Source of the DNA: an uncultured Solirubrobacterales bacterium
GTDB lineage: Bacteria > Actinomycetota > Thermoleophilia > Solirubrobacterales > 70-9
DNA: 64,000 nucleotides
Assembly: GCA_963777915.1 (NCBI GenBank)
Contig: CAVZSH010000007.1
Coordinates: 83,433 to 147,432 of the forward strand
Direction of reading: 5' to 3'
Made by a program: the position numbers and the translations under genes
Notes under the pieces: model-generated
Told to the model about the DNA's origin: nothing
The model's input: the letters and a program-made list of their open reading frames with translations, nothing else
The model's database searches: none
Shown: positions 31,365 to 41,192 of the stretch, in pieces
Layout of the letters: every line of letters starts with the position of its first letter
How positions within the stretch are numbered: position 1 is the first letter of the stretch

Positions 31365-31662
31365 CTCTCGACCCTACCGGTCGAGCGGCGTCAGATCTCC
31401 GGCCCCGCTGGTCTGAGCGCGGGTCGGCTTTGCGCCGACTCCACGGTGAGCGCCTGGAGGTCCAAGCGGCGCTCGACAGAGGGAAGGATCGAACCCCGAA
31501 AGCCATGCCTTGGGGAGGGTCGATCTGGACTTGGACGGATCTGGCGGCGAAGCGACTGCAGAGCGCGCCGCCGTCGGACCTCACCGAACCTTTACCTAAT
31601 TTTGACCTGACGCCAATCTGGAGTCGAGATGCTGCACGCGTCACCAAACGAAGGAGGCAGCC

Positions 31663-31905
31663 ATGCCGCAGATACTCGTAGTGGCCGACACCCCGGAGGA
31701 GGCGCCGAGCACGGTCGTTTACCGGGAGCGGATCGCCCTCACCGATCTCGAGTCAGAGCACTTCTCGGGCCAGCTGGTCGAGCGCGTCGGCTGGGCCGTG
31801 CTGGACGCCGATGAGCTTGAGCATCGGGGTGGCGCCGACCTCGCACCCGATCGCCATGCCGGCTCAGCCCTCCCGAGCAGGGAGAGCGAAGCGCCCGCGG
31901 CTTGA
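31663..31905 (+). CDS. hypothetical acidic protein (80 aa)
   Basis: ATG preceded by GGAGGCAGCC. I recognise no family. Confidence 0.35.
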   Translation: MPQILVVADTPEEAPSTVVYRERIALTDLESEHFSGQLVERVGWAVLDADELEHRGGADLAPDRHAGSALPSRESEAPAA

Positions 31906-32086
31906 GCAAGGCGGTGGCGAGCAGGCCGAAGCCCTCCCGGCCGGCTCCTCGCATGGTCGACCGAGGCCATGTCGCAGGAGCCGCTCGGGGCCGGGTAGGA
32001 ATATCCTTGCGCTGCACGGCCGGGCGCCCTCCCGACGACGCCTGCGATAGCCAGGCCGCCTGAGCCGAACTCGGCCCACCGCCCAA

Positions 32087-33098
32087 ATGCAAGCCGCTGC
32101 TGCGCCAGACCACCACCCCGAGGCCGGCTCTACGGAGCCGGCGATCGAGACGCGCGGTCTGACCAAGCGCTTCGGCGAGCGCACCGCACTCGACGCAGTC
32201 GACCTGCGGGTGCCGGGCGGCGTCGCCTTCGGCTTCCTCGGACCCAACGGCGCCGGCAAGACGACGCTGATCCGCATGCTGCTCGGTCTCACGCACGCGA
32301 GCGCCGGCGCCATGAGCGTCCTCGGCCATCCGGTCCCGGCCGAGCGCGGTCTGGCCCTGGAGTCGGTTGGCGCGATCGTCGAGGAGCCGCGCTTTCATCC
32401 GCAGCTCAGCGGCCGCGAGAACCTGCTGATCATCGCCGCTGCGCGCGGGCCCCAGGCCCAAGCCCGGATCGATCCGGCGCTCGCCCGCGTCGGCCTGGCC
32501 GAGCGCGCCGGTGAGAGGGTCAAGAAGTACTCGCTTGGGATGCGCCAGCGCCTCGGCGTGGCGCGCTGCCTGCTCGCCGACCCGAAGCTGCTGATCCTCG
32601 ACGAGCCGACCAACGGGCTCGACCCGGCCGGCATCCAGGAGTTCCGGATGATGATCCGGGCGATGGTCGAGCAGGAGGGACGCACTGTGTTCCTCTCCTC
32701 CCACCTGCTCGACGAGGTCGAAAAGACCTGCGACGCCGCCGCGATCGTCGATCGCGGCAAGATCGTCACCCAGGGCTCGATCTCCGAGCTGGCCTCCGGC
32801 GGGGCGCAGTATCGAGCTGATCCTCGGGGTCGACGATGTCGAGCTGGCGCTGCGCACGCTGGGCGAAAGCGAGCTGGTGCGTGAGGCTCATCGCTCAGAG
32901 GAAGGGCTTCGCGTCGTGCTCGCCGGCGAGCCGGCGAGCACAGCGGCGCTGAACGCGAGCCTGGTGGGCGCCGGAGTGGGGGTGATGCGCCTCGAGCCGG
33001 CCCGCCAGAGCCTCGAGCGGCGCTTCCTGGAGGTCACCGCGCGCCTGGAGGAGACCCCCGCCGACCTCACCCGCCCAGCCCGCCGAGGTCCAAAGATG
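32087..33098 (+). pseudogene. ABC transporter ATP-binding protein with a frameshift near 32801 (G-run); 3' boundary unresolved
   Basis: Walker A GPNGAGKTT, signature YSLGMRQRLGVA, Walker B LLILDEPTNGLD. The C-terminal regulatory domain (IELILGVDDVELALRTLGES...SLERRFLEVTA) continues in another frame (track ORF 32877..). Confidence 0.8.
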
Positions 33099-33881
33099 AC
33101 CGCGATCGCGCTGCGCATGACGGGCGCCGATTTCCTGAAGCTGCGCAAGAAGCGCGGGACCCTCGTCTGGACGCTCGTGCTGGCACTCGGGCCGCTGCTC
33201 GTCTTCTTCATCGTGCGGGCGATCCAGCACTCCTCTGACCCGGCCAAATACGGGCCGGCGGGAGGGCTCGGTTGCTATCCCGACGCCCTACGCTTGCTGG
33301 CGGTCTTCTTCGGCCCGCTCGCGGCGATCTTGATCGGCGTCGAGGCGGGCGCCGGCGACGTGTCCTCCGGCGTCTTTCGCGATCTGGTCGTCACCGGTCG
33401 CTCCCGGGTGGCGCTCTTCGCCTCGCGGGTGCCCGCCGCGCTGGGTCTGTGCTGGCTGGTGATCTGCTCCGGCTACGCGCTGCTCGTGGTCGGCGTCTTC
33501 GCCTTCGCCGCCGGCTCGCCGACCCCCGATCTGAGCCTGCTCCTCAACGGCCTCGGCTTCTCGCTGCTCTCGACCGGCGTGGTCTGCGCCGTTGCGGTTG
33601 GCTTTGCCTCGCTCACCGCCTCGCGGACGGTGGCGCTGACCGTGCTGATCGGCTGGCAGCTCGTGGCCAGCCCGATCCTTGCGAACATCACCTCGCTGGG
33701 CGGCATACGCAAGGGCGTCCTCAGCCAGGCGCTCGTGCACTTCAGCCCGGTGAGCCTCGGCGGCGGCATGCACGGCACGACGGTGACCATGTCCCTGGGG
33801 GTGGCGCTTGTCGTGCTCTTGGCCTGGCTCGCCCTCTTCCTCTCACTCGGCGCCTGGCGCACGAGCCGGATGGACGCCTGA
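33096..33881 (+). CDS. ABC-2 type permease
   Basis: MTAIALRMTGADFLKLRKKRGT followed by 6 TM segments. It is in the same open frame as the ATPase C-terminal domain, with no intervening stop. Confidence 0.7.
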   Translation: MTAIALRMTGADFLKLRKKRGTLVWTLVLALGPLLVFFIVRAIQHSSDPAKYGPAGGLGCYPDALRLLAVFFGPLAAILIGVEAGAGDVSSGVFRDLVVTGRSRVALFASRVPAALGLCWLVICSGYALLVVGVFAFAAGSPTPDLSLLLNGLGFSLLSTGVVCAVAVGFASLTASRTVALTVLIGWQLVASPILANITSLGGIRKGVLSQALVHFSPVSLGGGMHGTTVTMSLGVALVVLLAWLALFLSLGAWRTSRMDA

Positions 33882-34175
33882 GCAGAAGGGAGGCACCCGC
33901 CGGAGGCCGTCTGCAGTCCGGGGCAGATGCCCGGGTGGGCTCTCATAGCAAGATCATCGACCCCGATCGCCTCGTGGCAGGCGATGGATCTGGCGGCCCT
34001 CAAGATCCATGGGTCTAGACCGGTGTGACCAGCGCCGCTTGGCGCTCAGCGGCGAGACGAAGCCGAGGTCATTACCCGGCCGGCAGGATTTGGACGCGCC
34101 AATGGGCCGATCCTTCGAGCGAGTCCGTAGCTCTCGCGCTGTAGGTCGATCGCGGTATTGCCGATCTCTTCAGAG

Positions 34176-35620
34176 ATGGCGATACCCCAGTCGCAGCAAA
34201 GCCCCACCGCCGAGCCGCAGTCAGAGCGGAGCGTTACGCCCGTGCTCGCTGACGAGTCGGCAGGGGAGCTGGAGGGTCTCGTTCAGCTCAAAGAGCTCGA
34301 GCGCACCCCGCAGGAACGCAAGCAGCTCTACGTCGCGCTTCATCTCAAGCTGGCGTTGGTGATCGCGATCGCGATCGCCTGGGCCGGCTTCTCGCTCTGG
34401 CTCTCCCTCCCCTGGATTAATACCCTGGGCCAGTCGATCACGATGCCCCTCGCGATCGCGGTGATCTTCGGCATCGCGATCATCCCCGGCTACCTCAACG
34501 CCAACCTGATCGCCTCGCTGCTGATCGACCGCCCGCCGCCGCTTCGCTTCGACCTCGACTTTCCGGCACTCACCGTCGTGATCGCCTGCTTTAACGAGGA
34601 GGAGACGATCGAGGAGACGCTCGACTACGTCGTCAAACAGGAGTACCCCGGCGAGCTGAGGATCCTCGTGGCCGACGACGGCTCTAAAGACCGCACAGCC
34701 GAGCTGGCTCGCAAGCGCCGAGCAGACGACGCTCGGATCACTGTCCTCACCGTTCCCCACGGAGGTAAGGCAAACACGCTTACCGCGGCCCTGAAGCACG
34801 TACGGACCCCGCTGATGGCGACTGTTGATGCCGACACGCTGTTGATGCCCGACTCCCTGCGGCGCATCGTCGCTCGGCTGTTGATCTCCCCGCCCGACAC
34901 GGTGGCGGTAGCCGGGCGCGGTCTTCGTGCGCAATTCGCGCAGCAACTTCATCACCCGCGCCCAGGAGTGGGACTACTTCCTCGGCATCGCCTCGGTGAA
35001 GCGCCAGCAGGGCCTTTTCCAGGGGACGATGGTCGCCCAGGGGGCCTTCAGCGTCTACCGGGCCGCCGCGCTCAATGAGGTCGGCGGCTGGCCGGACAGG
35101 ATCGGCGAGGACATCGTCCTCACCTGGGCGATGATGCGCGAGGGCGGTCGGGTCGGCTATGAGCGCACCGCGATCGCCTTTACCGGAGCGCCCGAAGACG
35201 CCAAGGCATTCGCCCGACAGCGACGCCGCTGGGCACGGGGGATGATCGAGGGGCTGCGCGAGCACGGCGGGGCGCTTTTGGCCGAGGGCCGCTCGAACAT
35301 CCACGCCGTCCTCGTCAACTTCATCTTCCCCTATATCGATCTCGTCTACTCGATCGCCTTCCCGATCGGGATCGTGCTGGCGCTGTTCGGCAATTTCGCG
35401 ATCGTCGGGCCGATGACCCTGGCGGTCCTGCCGCTCAACTTGGTGCTGGCGGGGATCATGTTCCACTTCAGCCGGCGCTCCTTTCGAGGAGGTCGGCCTG
35501 AAGGTCCGCCGCAACCGGTTCGGCTACCTCGGCTACCTGCTGACCTATCAGCTCTTCATGTCGCCGGTCTCGGTCGCCGGGTACGTGCAGGAGCTGTTCG
35601 GCGCGGCGCGCCGCTGGTAG
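34176..35620 (+). pseudogene. processive family-2 glycosyltransferase (PgaC/IcaA/cellulose-synthase-like) with two frameshifts (about 34917 and about 35484)
   Basis: Contains LTVVIACFNEEE, DDGSKD, VDADT, EDIVLTW and QRRRWARG (QxxRW). The protein is spread over three frames (track ORFs 34158.. and 34927.., plus the tail FEEVGLKVRRNRFGYLGYLLTYQLFMSPVSVAGYVQELFGAARRW* ending at 35620). Confidence 0.8.
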
Positions 35621-35795
35621 CTCCTGTCGTCGTGCTTCTTCGAGATGGCCATCCAACCTCATGCATTGGGTCAATCCCTCCCCCCAGAAGGATGCGTCTT
35701 CTGCCTGGGCCTCGCCTGACCGTCAAAACCATTCCGCGGGTGCGGCGGGCCGACCCAGGTTTCCAACGATCAGCCCTCCCAGGGGGCCTCGACGC

Positions 35796-36302
35796 CTACT
35801 CCTCGGCGTCGGCCGCGAGGCGCTCGCTCTCCTCGGAGAGCACGCGCAGGCCCTGCATAAAGTTGGCGCGGGTGCGAGGCGAAAGGCGCTCGAGCGCGCG
35901 CCGCATCGGCTCCACCACCTGGCTCACCCAGACTCCCACCGATTCCCGGTACTCCTCGTGGATCGTGACGATCGTGCGGCGGCGGTCGGCCTCATCCTCG
36001 GTCCGCGTGATCAGGCCGGCCCGGCTCAGCTCTCCCACCAGGAGGCTGGTGGTGGCCACGCTCAGGCCCACCCGCTCGGCGAGCTCGCTGACGCTGAGCC
36101 CGCCATCGAGCGCAACGGCAAAGAGGACCGGCGCATGGCGAGGGCCGAGCTGCTCGCGTTCGGCCGCCTCCCTCAGCGCTGGAGACGGCGTGCCGCTGCG
36201 ACGCTTGGCAGAGTGGATTACCTCGGCCAGTAGGGTGGCGAGTTCGAAAGCGCTCTCATCGAGCCCTTGCTCCTGCTTCGGCTTGGTCGCGATCGTCGCC
36301 AC
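35796..36302 (-). CDS. MarR-family transcriptional regulator
   Basis: Winged-helix core LFAVALDGGLSVSELAERVGLSVATTSLLVGELSRAGLITRTEDEADRRR. It is divergent from the MMPL gene. Confidence 0.8.
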   Translation of the reverse strand: MATIATKPKQEQGLDESAFELATLLAEVIHSAKRRSGTPSPALREAAEREQLGPRHAPVLFAVALDGGLSVSELAERVGLSVATTSLLVGELSRAGLITRTEDEADRRRTIVTIHEEYRESVGVWVSQVVEPMRRALERLSPRTRANFMQGLRVLSEESERLAADAEE

Positions 36303-36336
36303 GTCTGTGCTAAAAATCCGTCGGGAATCAAAGTAT

Positions 36337-36358
36337 TTGAAATCTAAAAGATTTGCAA
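36337..36358. promoter_or_regulatory. AT-rich near-palindrome in the MarR/MMPL divergent promoter region (candidate MarR operator)
   Basis: TTGAAATCT-aaa-AGATTTgCAA. AAATCT occurs three times within 36340-36362, and this is the only AT-rich stretch nearby. Confidence 0.4.
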
Positions 36359-36386
36359 ATCTAGTCTATCGGGCGGTGAAAGCCAC

Positions 36387-38611
36387 ATGAATACCCAGAT
36401 AACTCCGCCAAAGGCCGGCGCCCTGGCCCGTATGGCGGGCTGGACGATCGCCCACCGCCGCCTCACCCTCCTCTCCTGGGTCGGGATCCTGATCGCTGTC
36501 TCGATCGGCGCCGGCGCGGTCGGCACCCGCCAGGCCACCAACTTCACACTGCCGGGGACCGACACGCAGCGGGCCATCGATCTGCTGCAGCGCGAATTCC
36601 CCTCACAGGCGGGCGACCATGACCAGATAGTGATGCGCGCCAGTGGAGGACGAATCGATACCCCGGCGCTGCGCGCCCAGATCTCGCCGATGCTTCGCGA
36701 AGTCGCAAAGGCGCCCCACGTCAGCGGTGTAGTCAGCCCCTTCAGCCCGCCGGGCTCAAACGAGGTCTCAAAGGGCGGCCGGATCGCCTTTGCGACGGTC
36801 GACTTCGACCAGCGCGCCAACGAACTCCCCAAATCTGCGATCGAAAGGGTCATCTCGCTCGCCGAGGCGGCCCGCTCGAGCCAGCTTCAGGTCGAGCTGG
36901 GCGGCCAGGCGATCGAACAGGCCCAGCAGCCCTCCTTCGGTCTGACCACCGCGATCGGTGTGCTCGCGGCGATCGTCGTGCTGCTGATCAGCTTCGGCTC
37001 GCTGGTGGCGATGGGCCTGCCGATTATCACCGCGCTACTCGGCCTGGGGACGGGCGTCGGGCTGATCGCCTTCGGCTCCCAGCTGGTCGACATGCCCAAC
37101 TTCGCCACCGAGCTGGCGGTAATGATCGGCCTTGGAGTCGGCATCGACTACTCGCTGTTCATCCTCACCCGCTTTCGGGAGAACCACCGCCGTGGCGACG
37201 ACGTCGACGCAGCGGTGATCGCGGCGATGGACACCGCTGGGCGGGCGGTGGTCTTCGCCGGCTGCACGGTGATCATCGCCCTGATGGGCATGTTCGCGCT
37301 CGGTGTCAGCTTTCTCTACGGCGTCGCAATTGCCGCCTCCCTTGCGGTGCTGCTGACCCTGCTGGCAGCGCTTACCGTCTTACCGGCGCTCCTCTCGCGC
37401 TTCGGCGAGCGAATCGCGGGCCCCGGTCGCCGCCGCGAGGGGCCGCGCAAGTGTCGGCTGCCAGCCCTCCTACGGCCGGCGGTGAGGCCGCCTCCTCGGG
37501 CTTCTGGCCTCGCTGGGCGCTGTTCATCCAGCGCCATCCCTGGCCGGCGGCGATCACCGGGGCCGCGATCATGCTTGTGTTGATGGCGCCGGTGCTCTCG
37601 ATCCGCCTCGCGAGCAGCGACGCCGGCAACGATCCGACCAGCCAGACCACGCGCCGGGCCTTTGACCTGCTCGCCGAAGGCTTCGGCAAGGGCTTCAACG
37701 GTCCTCTGCAGTTGGTGGCGAGCCTGCCGCGGCCAGTCGATCGGCCCGCCCTTGATCGCATCTCGGCAAGGGTGGGTTCCGACCCCGATATCGCCTCCGT
37801 CTCACCACCGCAACTGACTCCGAACGGGCGCACCGCCGTACTGATCGCCTACCCCCGCTCGGCACCTCAGGACCAGGCGACCACCGAACTCGTCAACCGC
37901 CTCCGCGGCACCGGCCTGCCACAGGTCGCGGCGAGCACCGGCACCTCGATCCTGGTCGGCGGCGTGACCGCCGGTCAGATCGACTTCAGCCACGTGCTCA
38001 GCGCCAAGCTGCCGTTGTTCATCGCGATCGTCGTGCTGCTCTCGGCGCTGCTCCTGATGGTCGTCTTCCGCTCGTTGCTGATCCCCCTGCAGGCAGCGCT
38101 GATGAACCTTCTCTCGATCGGCGCCTCGCTGGGCGTCGTCGTGGCGATCTTCCAGCACGGTTGGCTGGGCGGTATTTTCGGGGTCGAACCGGGCCCGATA
38201 GACGCCTTCATCCCGGTGATGCTATTTGCGATCGTCTTCGGCCTCTCGATGGACTACGAGGTGTTCCTGATCTCTCGCGTTCACGAGGAGTGGAAGCACA
38301 GCCATGATCCCTCGCTGGCCGTGGTGCGTGGCCTGGGCTCGACCGGCCGGGTGATCACCGCCGCCGCGACGATCATGGTCTGCGTCTTTCTCTCCTTCGT
38401 CTTGATCGACGAGCGGGTCGTGAAACTGTTCGGCCTCAGCCTCGCCAGCGCCGTCTTCCTCGACGCCTTTGTCGTGCGCTGCCTGCTGGTGCCGGCGACC
38501 CTGGAGCTGATGGGCCGGGCGAGCTGGATATTCCCCTCATGGCTGGAGCGGCGGCTGCCGCACCTTGCGATCGAGCCACCCGAGCCGCAGGTCGAGGCGC
38601 AGGAGGCATAG
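36387..38611 (+). pseudogene. MMPL-family (RND superfamily) transporter with a frameshift near 37430-37445
   Basis: Two halves sit in different frames (track ORFs 36387..37583 and 37451..38611). Each half has a periplasmic domain plus a 5-6 TM bundle, and the junction LLSRFGERIAG / GFWPRWALFIQRHPW is typical of MMPL proteins. Confidence 0.8.
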
Positions 38612-38707
38612 GCAGGGGCGCCAGCTGACCGGTTACGGGCGAGCGGTCCGGATCGTGGCCAGGCATGCCGCCTCTTCAGCGCGGAAATTTGGCTAGCCTC
38701 CGCGCCG

Positions 38708-39721
38708 ATGGCCGCGACTTCCGCCGACGCCGACCCTGGCGCAAAGCCCGATCGAAACCTGGCGCTGGAGCTGGTGCGGGTCACCGAGGCCGCCGCTCTG
38801 GCGGCCGCGCGCTGGGTCGGGCGCGGCGACAAGATCGCCGCCGATCAGGCCGCGGTCGACGCGATGCGCTATGTGCTCGACTCGGTCTCGATGGACGGCG
38901 TCGTCGTGATCGGCGAGGGCGAGAAGGACGAGGCCCCGATGCTCTACAACGGCGAGCAGATCGGCAATGGCAGCCCGCCGGTGGCCGATATCGCCGTCGA
39001 CCCGCTGGAGGGCACCCGCCTCTGTGCTCTCGGCATGCCCAGCGCGCTCGCCGTGATCGCCCTCGCCGAGCGCGGCACGATGTTTGACCCCGGCCCCTGC
39101 GTCTACATGGAGAAGATGGCCGGCGGCGAGGAGATCGCTGACCTGCTCGATCTCGACCGCCCCCTCCCGGAGACCTTGAGACTGATCGCCGAGCGCAAGG
39201 GCTCAAGCGTCGGCGACGTCACCGTCGTCATGCTCGACCGCCCCCGCCATGAGGCGGCGATGCGTGAGGTCCGCGAGGCCGGCGGCCGCATCCGTCTGAT
39301 CACCGACGGCGACGTCTCGGCCTCCCTGCTCGCGGTCAGCGACCGCTCCCCGGTCGACCTGCTCTGGGGCATCGGCGGCACCCCGGAGGGAGTTATCTCC
39401 GCGGCTGCATTGAAGTCGATGGGGGGCCAGCTCCTCGGCCGCCTCTGGGCGCGTGATGAGGCTGAGCGCCGGGCCGCGATCGACGCCGGCTATGACCTCG
39501 AGCGCGTCCTCACTGCCAACGACCTTTGCTCCGGTGAGGACGTCTTCTTCTCGGCGACCGGAGTTACCGACGGCGACGTCCTGCAGGGCGTCCGCTACCG
39601 CGGCCCCGGCGCCACGACCGAGTCCCTGGTCATGCGCTCGCGCTCGGGCACTGTCCGCCGCGTTCATGCCCGCCACGATCGCTCCAAGCTTCGCCAGATC
39701 ATCGGCGAGCGCTACGGCTGA
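38708..39721 (+). CDS. glpX: class II fructose-1,6-bisphosphatase
   Basis: Contains [39 protein letters not shown] and DPLEGT. Confidence 0.9.
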   Translation: MAATSADADPGAKPDRNLALELVRVTEAAALAAARWVGRGDKIAADQAAVDAMRYVLDSVSMDGVVVIGEGEKDEAPMLYNGEQIGNGSPPVADIAVDPLEGTRLCALGMPSALAVIALAERGTMFDPGPCVYMEKMAGGEEIADLLDLDRPLPETLRLIAERKGSSVGDVTVVMLDRPRHEAAMREVREAGGRIRLITDGDVSASLLAVSDRSPVDLLWGIGGTPEGVISAAALKSMGGQLLGRLWARDEAERRAAIDAGYDLERVLTANDLCSGEDVFFSATGVTDGDVLQGVRYRGPGATTESLVMRSRSGTVRRVHARHDRSKLRQIIGERYG

Positions 39722-39836
39722 GATCCCCGCCGAGCGGAGAGATCCGCCTGTCCTTGGCTCATGGTCAAGTGCGCTTCAGCTGGCATGCGAGGAACGAGAT
39801 GAGGCTGAATGCGATCGGACCGGCCGACGTGGACAC

Positions 39837-40001
39837 GTGGCCATTTCTCGCCCGATCCAGTCAACCATCGATCATCGCGGCAACCGGCGCCTAATCGAGT
39901 TGGACGCCATGGGCCGTGCCATCATTGTTGTCATCGCCGATGACGATCCCGACTACGTCATCACAACGTTCCTAGATGGCTTAGATGCGAGCCGACTATG
40001 A
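39837..40001 (+). CDS. short ORF, possibly a DUF4258-like toxin remnant
   Basis: VAISRPIQSTIDHRGNRRLIELDAMGRAIIVVIADDDPDYVITTFL. The C-terminal ...vvv...viTtf pattern and a 17-nt overlap with the next ORF resemble DUF4258/DUF2283 pairs. The match is weak. Confidence 0.25.
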   Translation: MAISRPIQSTIDHRGNRRLIELDAMGRAIIVVIADDDPDYVITTFLDGLDASRL

Positions 40002-40274
40002 CAGCAAGGCTGAAGCGATCTCGATCGTGCTGATCTCCGGGACGGCGCTGAGCACGCCGATGAGGCGCACCCGCGAGCGATTGTTGCCCTCCGCGACGGC
40101 CGACCGCTAGAGCTGCAGCTCCTCTACCCTGATCTCGGCAGCGAGGAGCCGCTGCGAGTGGTGGCCGAGCGCTACGGTCTCGACCGCAAGGTGCTTCTCG
40201 CCGCCGCGCAGGCTGCCTTGGCCGCACCGGACCGCACGGTGACCGTTGAGGTAGGAGTGCGGGCGGTCGCATAA
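39985..40274 (+). pseudogene. DUF2283-like small protein with a frameshift near 40040-40055
   Basis: MRADYDSKAEAISIVLIS is in one frame. DEAHPRAIVALRDGRPLELQLLYPDLGSEEPLRVVAERYGLD...VRAVA* is in another. Confidence 0.35.
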
Positions 40275-40569
40275 GCACGGCTTGCAACCCAGCCGCCTCA
40301 GAGGCCTCTGCTGGCGCTCTGCTCTGCCGGAGGGCGCTACCGGGCCTTCGCGCCGCCGCCCCCGCAATCCGTGCAGCCAGCCTTCGCAGCAGTTCCCGGG
40401 TCCCAGTAGGGCAACCCGCCGGTGTAATCCAGTCCGTATCACCGCGCCGCACACTAGCATCAGGCTTAATTTCAGATGCCCGTCGAAAGACAACAAAAAG
40501 AGGCGTACCTGGTCGGCAACAACCCGTGCAATCCTCAGCGAAGCAATCCTGAGGGACGAATCCCCACTC

Positions 40570-41157
40570 ATGGAACCGGATGGCCTGGATTCTGGTCTCT
40601 TTGCGGGCGAAGACGATCTCCGGCTGCTCCGCGGGCTCCCTGACGAATGCATAGATCTGGTCTACCTTGACCCGCCAGTTTTTTCCAGCTGGGTCCATGA
40701 GGGCAGTTGGCAAGATCGAGCTGAACTGGGACCGGTCGAGGATCGCTGGCAGGGTGGGGTCCGGAACTACCTCGACTGGATCACCGCTCCGCTGGACGAC
40801 CTGCATCGCATCCTCACACCCACTGGTGCCCTTTTCCTCGTCTGCGATCAAGCAGTGGGTCTTTACATTAGGCTCATACTCGACGAACTGTTTAGTCGCC
40901 AGGACCCGCAAAATCGCATGGTCTGGTGGAAGGCCGATTCCGGACCCGAGCGCCACCACGTTTTCTACTACCGCAGATCGGACTTTACCGCCGCTCGCCA
41001 CGGTCGCTATTACACCGTAATCCACCGCGAGGGCAAAGCCGATTCGTCTCTGGTGGCATTCAGCTTTGTGCAGGGACGGCGGAGGCGGCAGCGCTCCAAC
41101 CACCTGCCTGGTTGCAATCGACCAGCCATCCGTTCGAGCCAGTCTGCCCAGCCCTAA
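40570..41157 (+). pseudogene. truncated N4/N6 DNA methyltransferase (beta-class) fragment
   Basis: Contains LRLLRGLPDECIDLVYLDPPVFSS (DPPY-type motif IV reading DPPV), DRWQGGVRNYLDWITAPLDDLHRILTPTGALFLVCD and NRMVWWK. The C-terminal AdoMet-binding FxGxG region is absent, because the ORF ends 36 nt before the next gene. Confidence 0.55.
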
Positions 41158-41192
41158 AGGAGCAAGCGCCGCTCGCCGATGCCTGGTGCTAT

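Noticed and set aside
31470-31535. GGATCGAACCC (reverse GGGTTCGATCC), resembling a tRNA T-arm/loop.
   Set aside because: The flanking bases do not form a 5-bp T-stem. I could not build an acceptor stem, D-arm or anticodon arm on either strand.
33882-34175. Leader of the GT2 synthase gene inspected for a c-di-GMP riboswitch or other structured RNA.
   Set aside because: I could find no GGCAAACC / ACGCA(A/C)AGC-type blocks and no strong nested helices.
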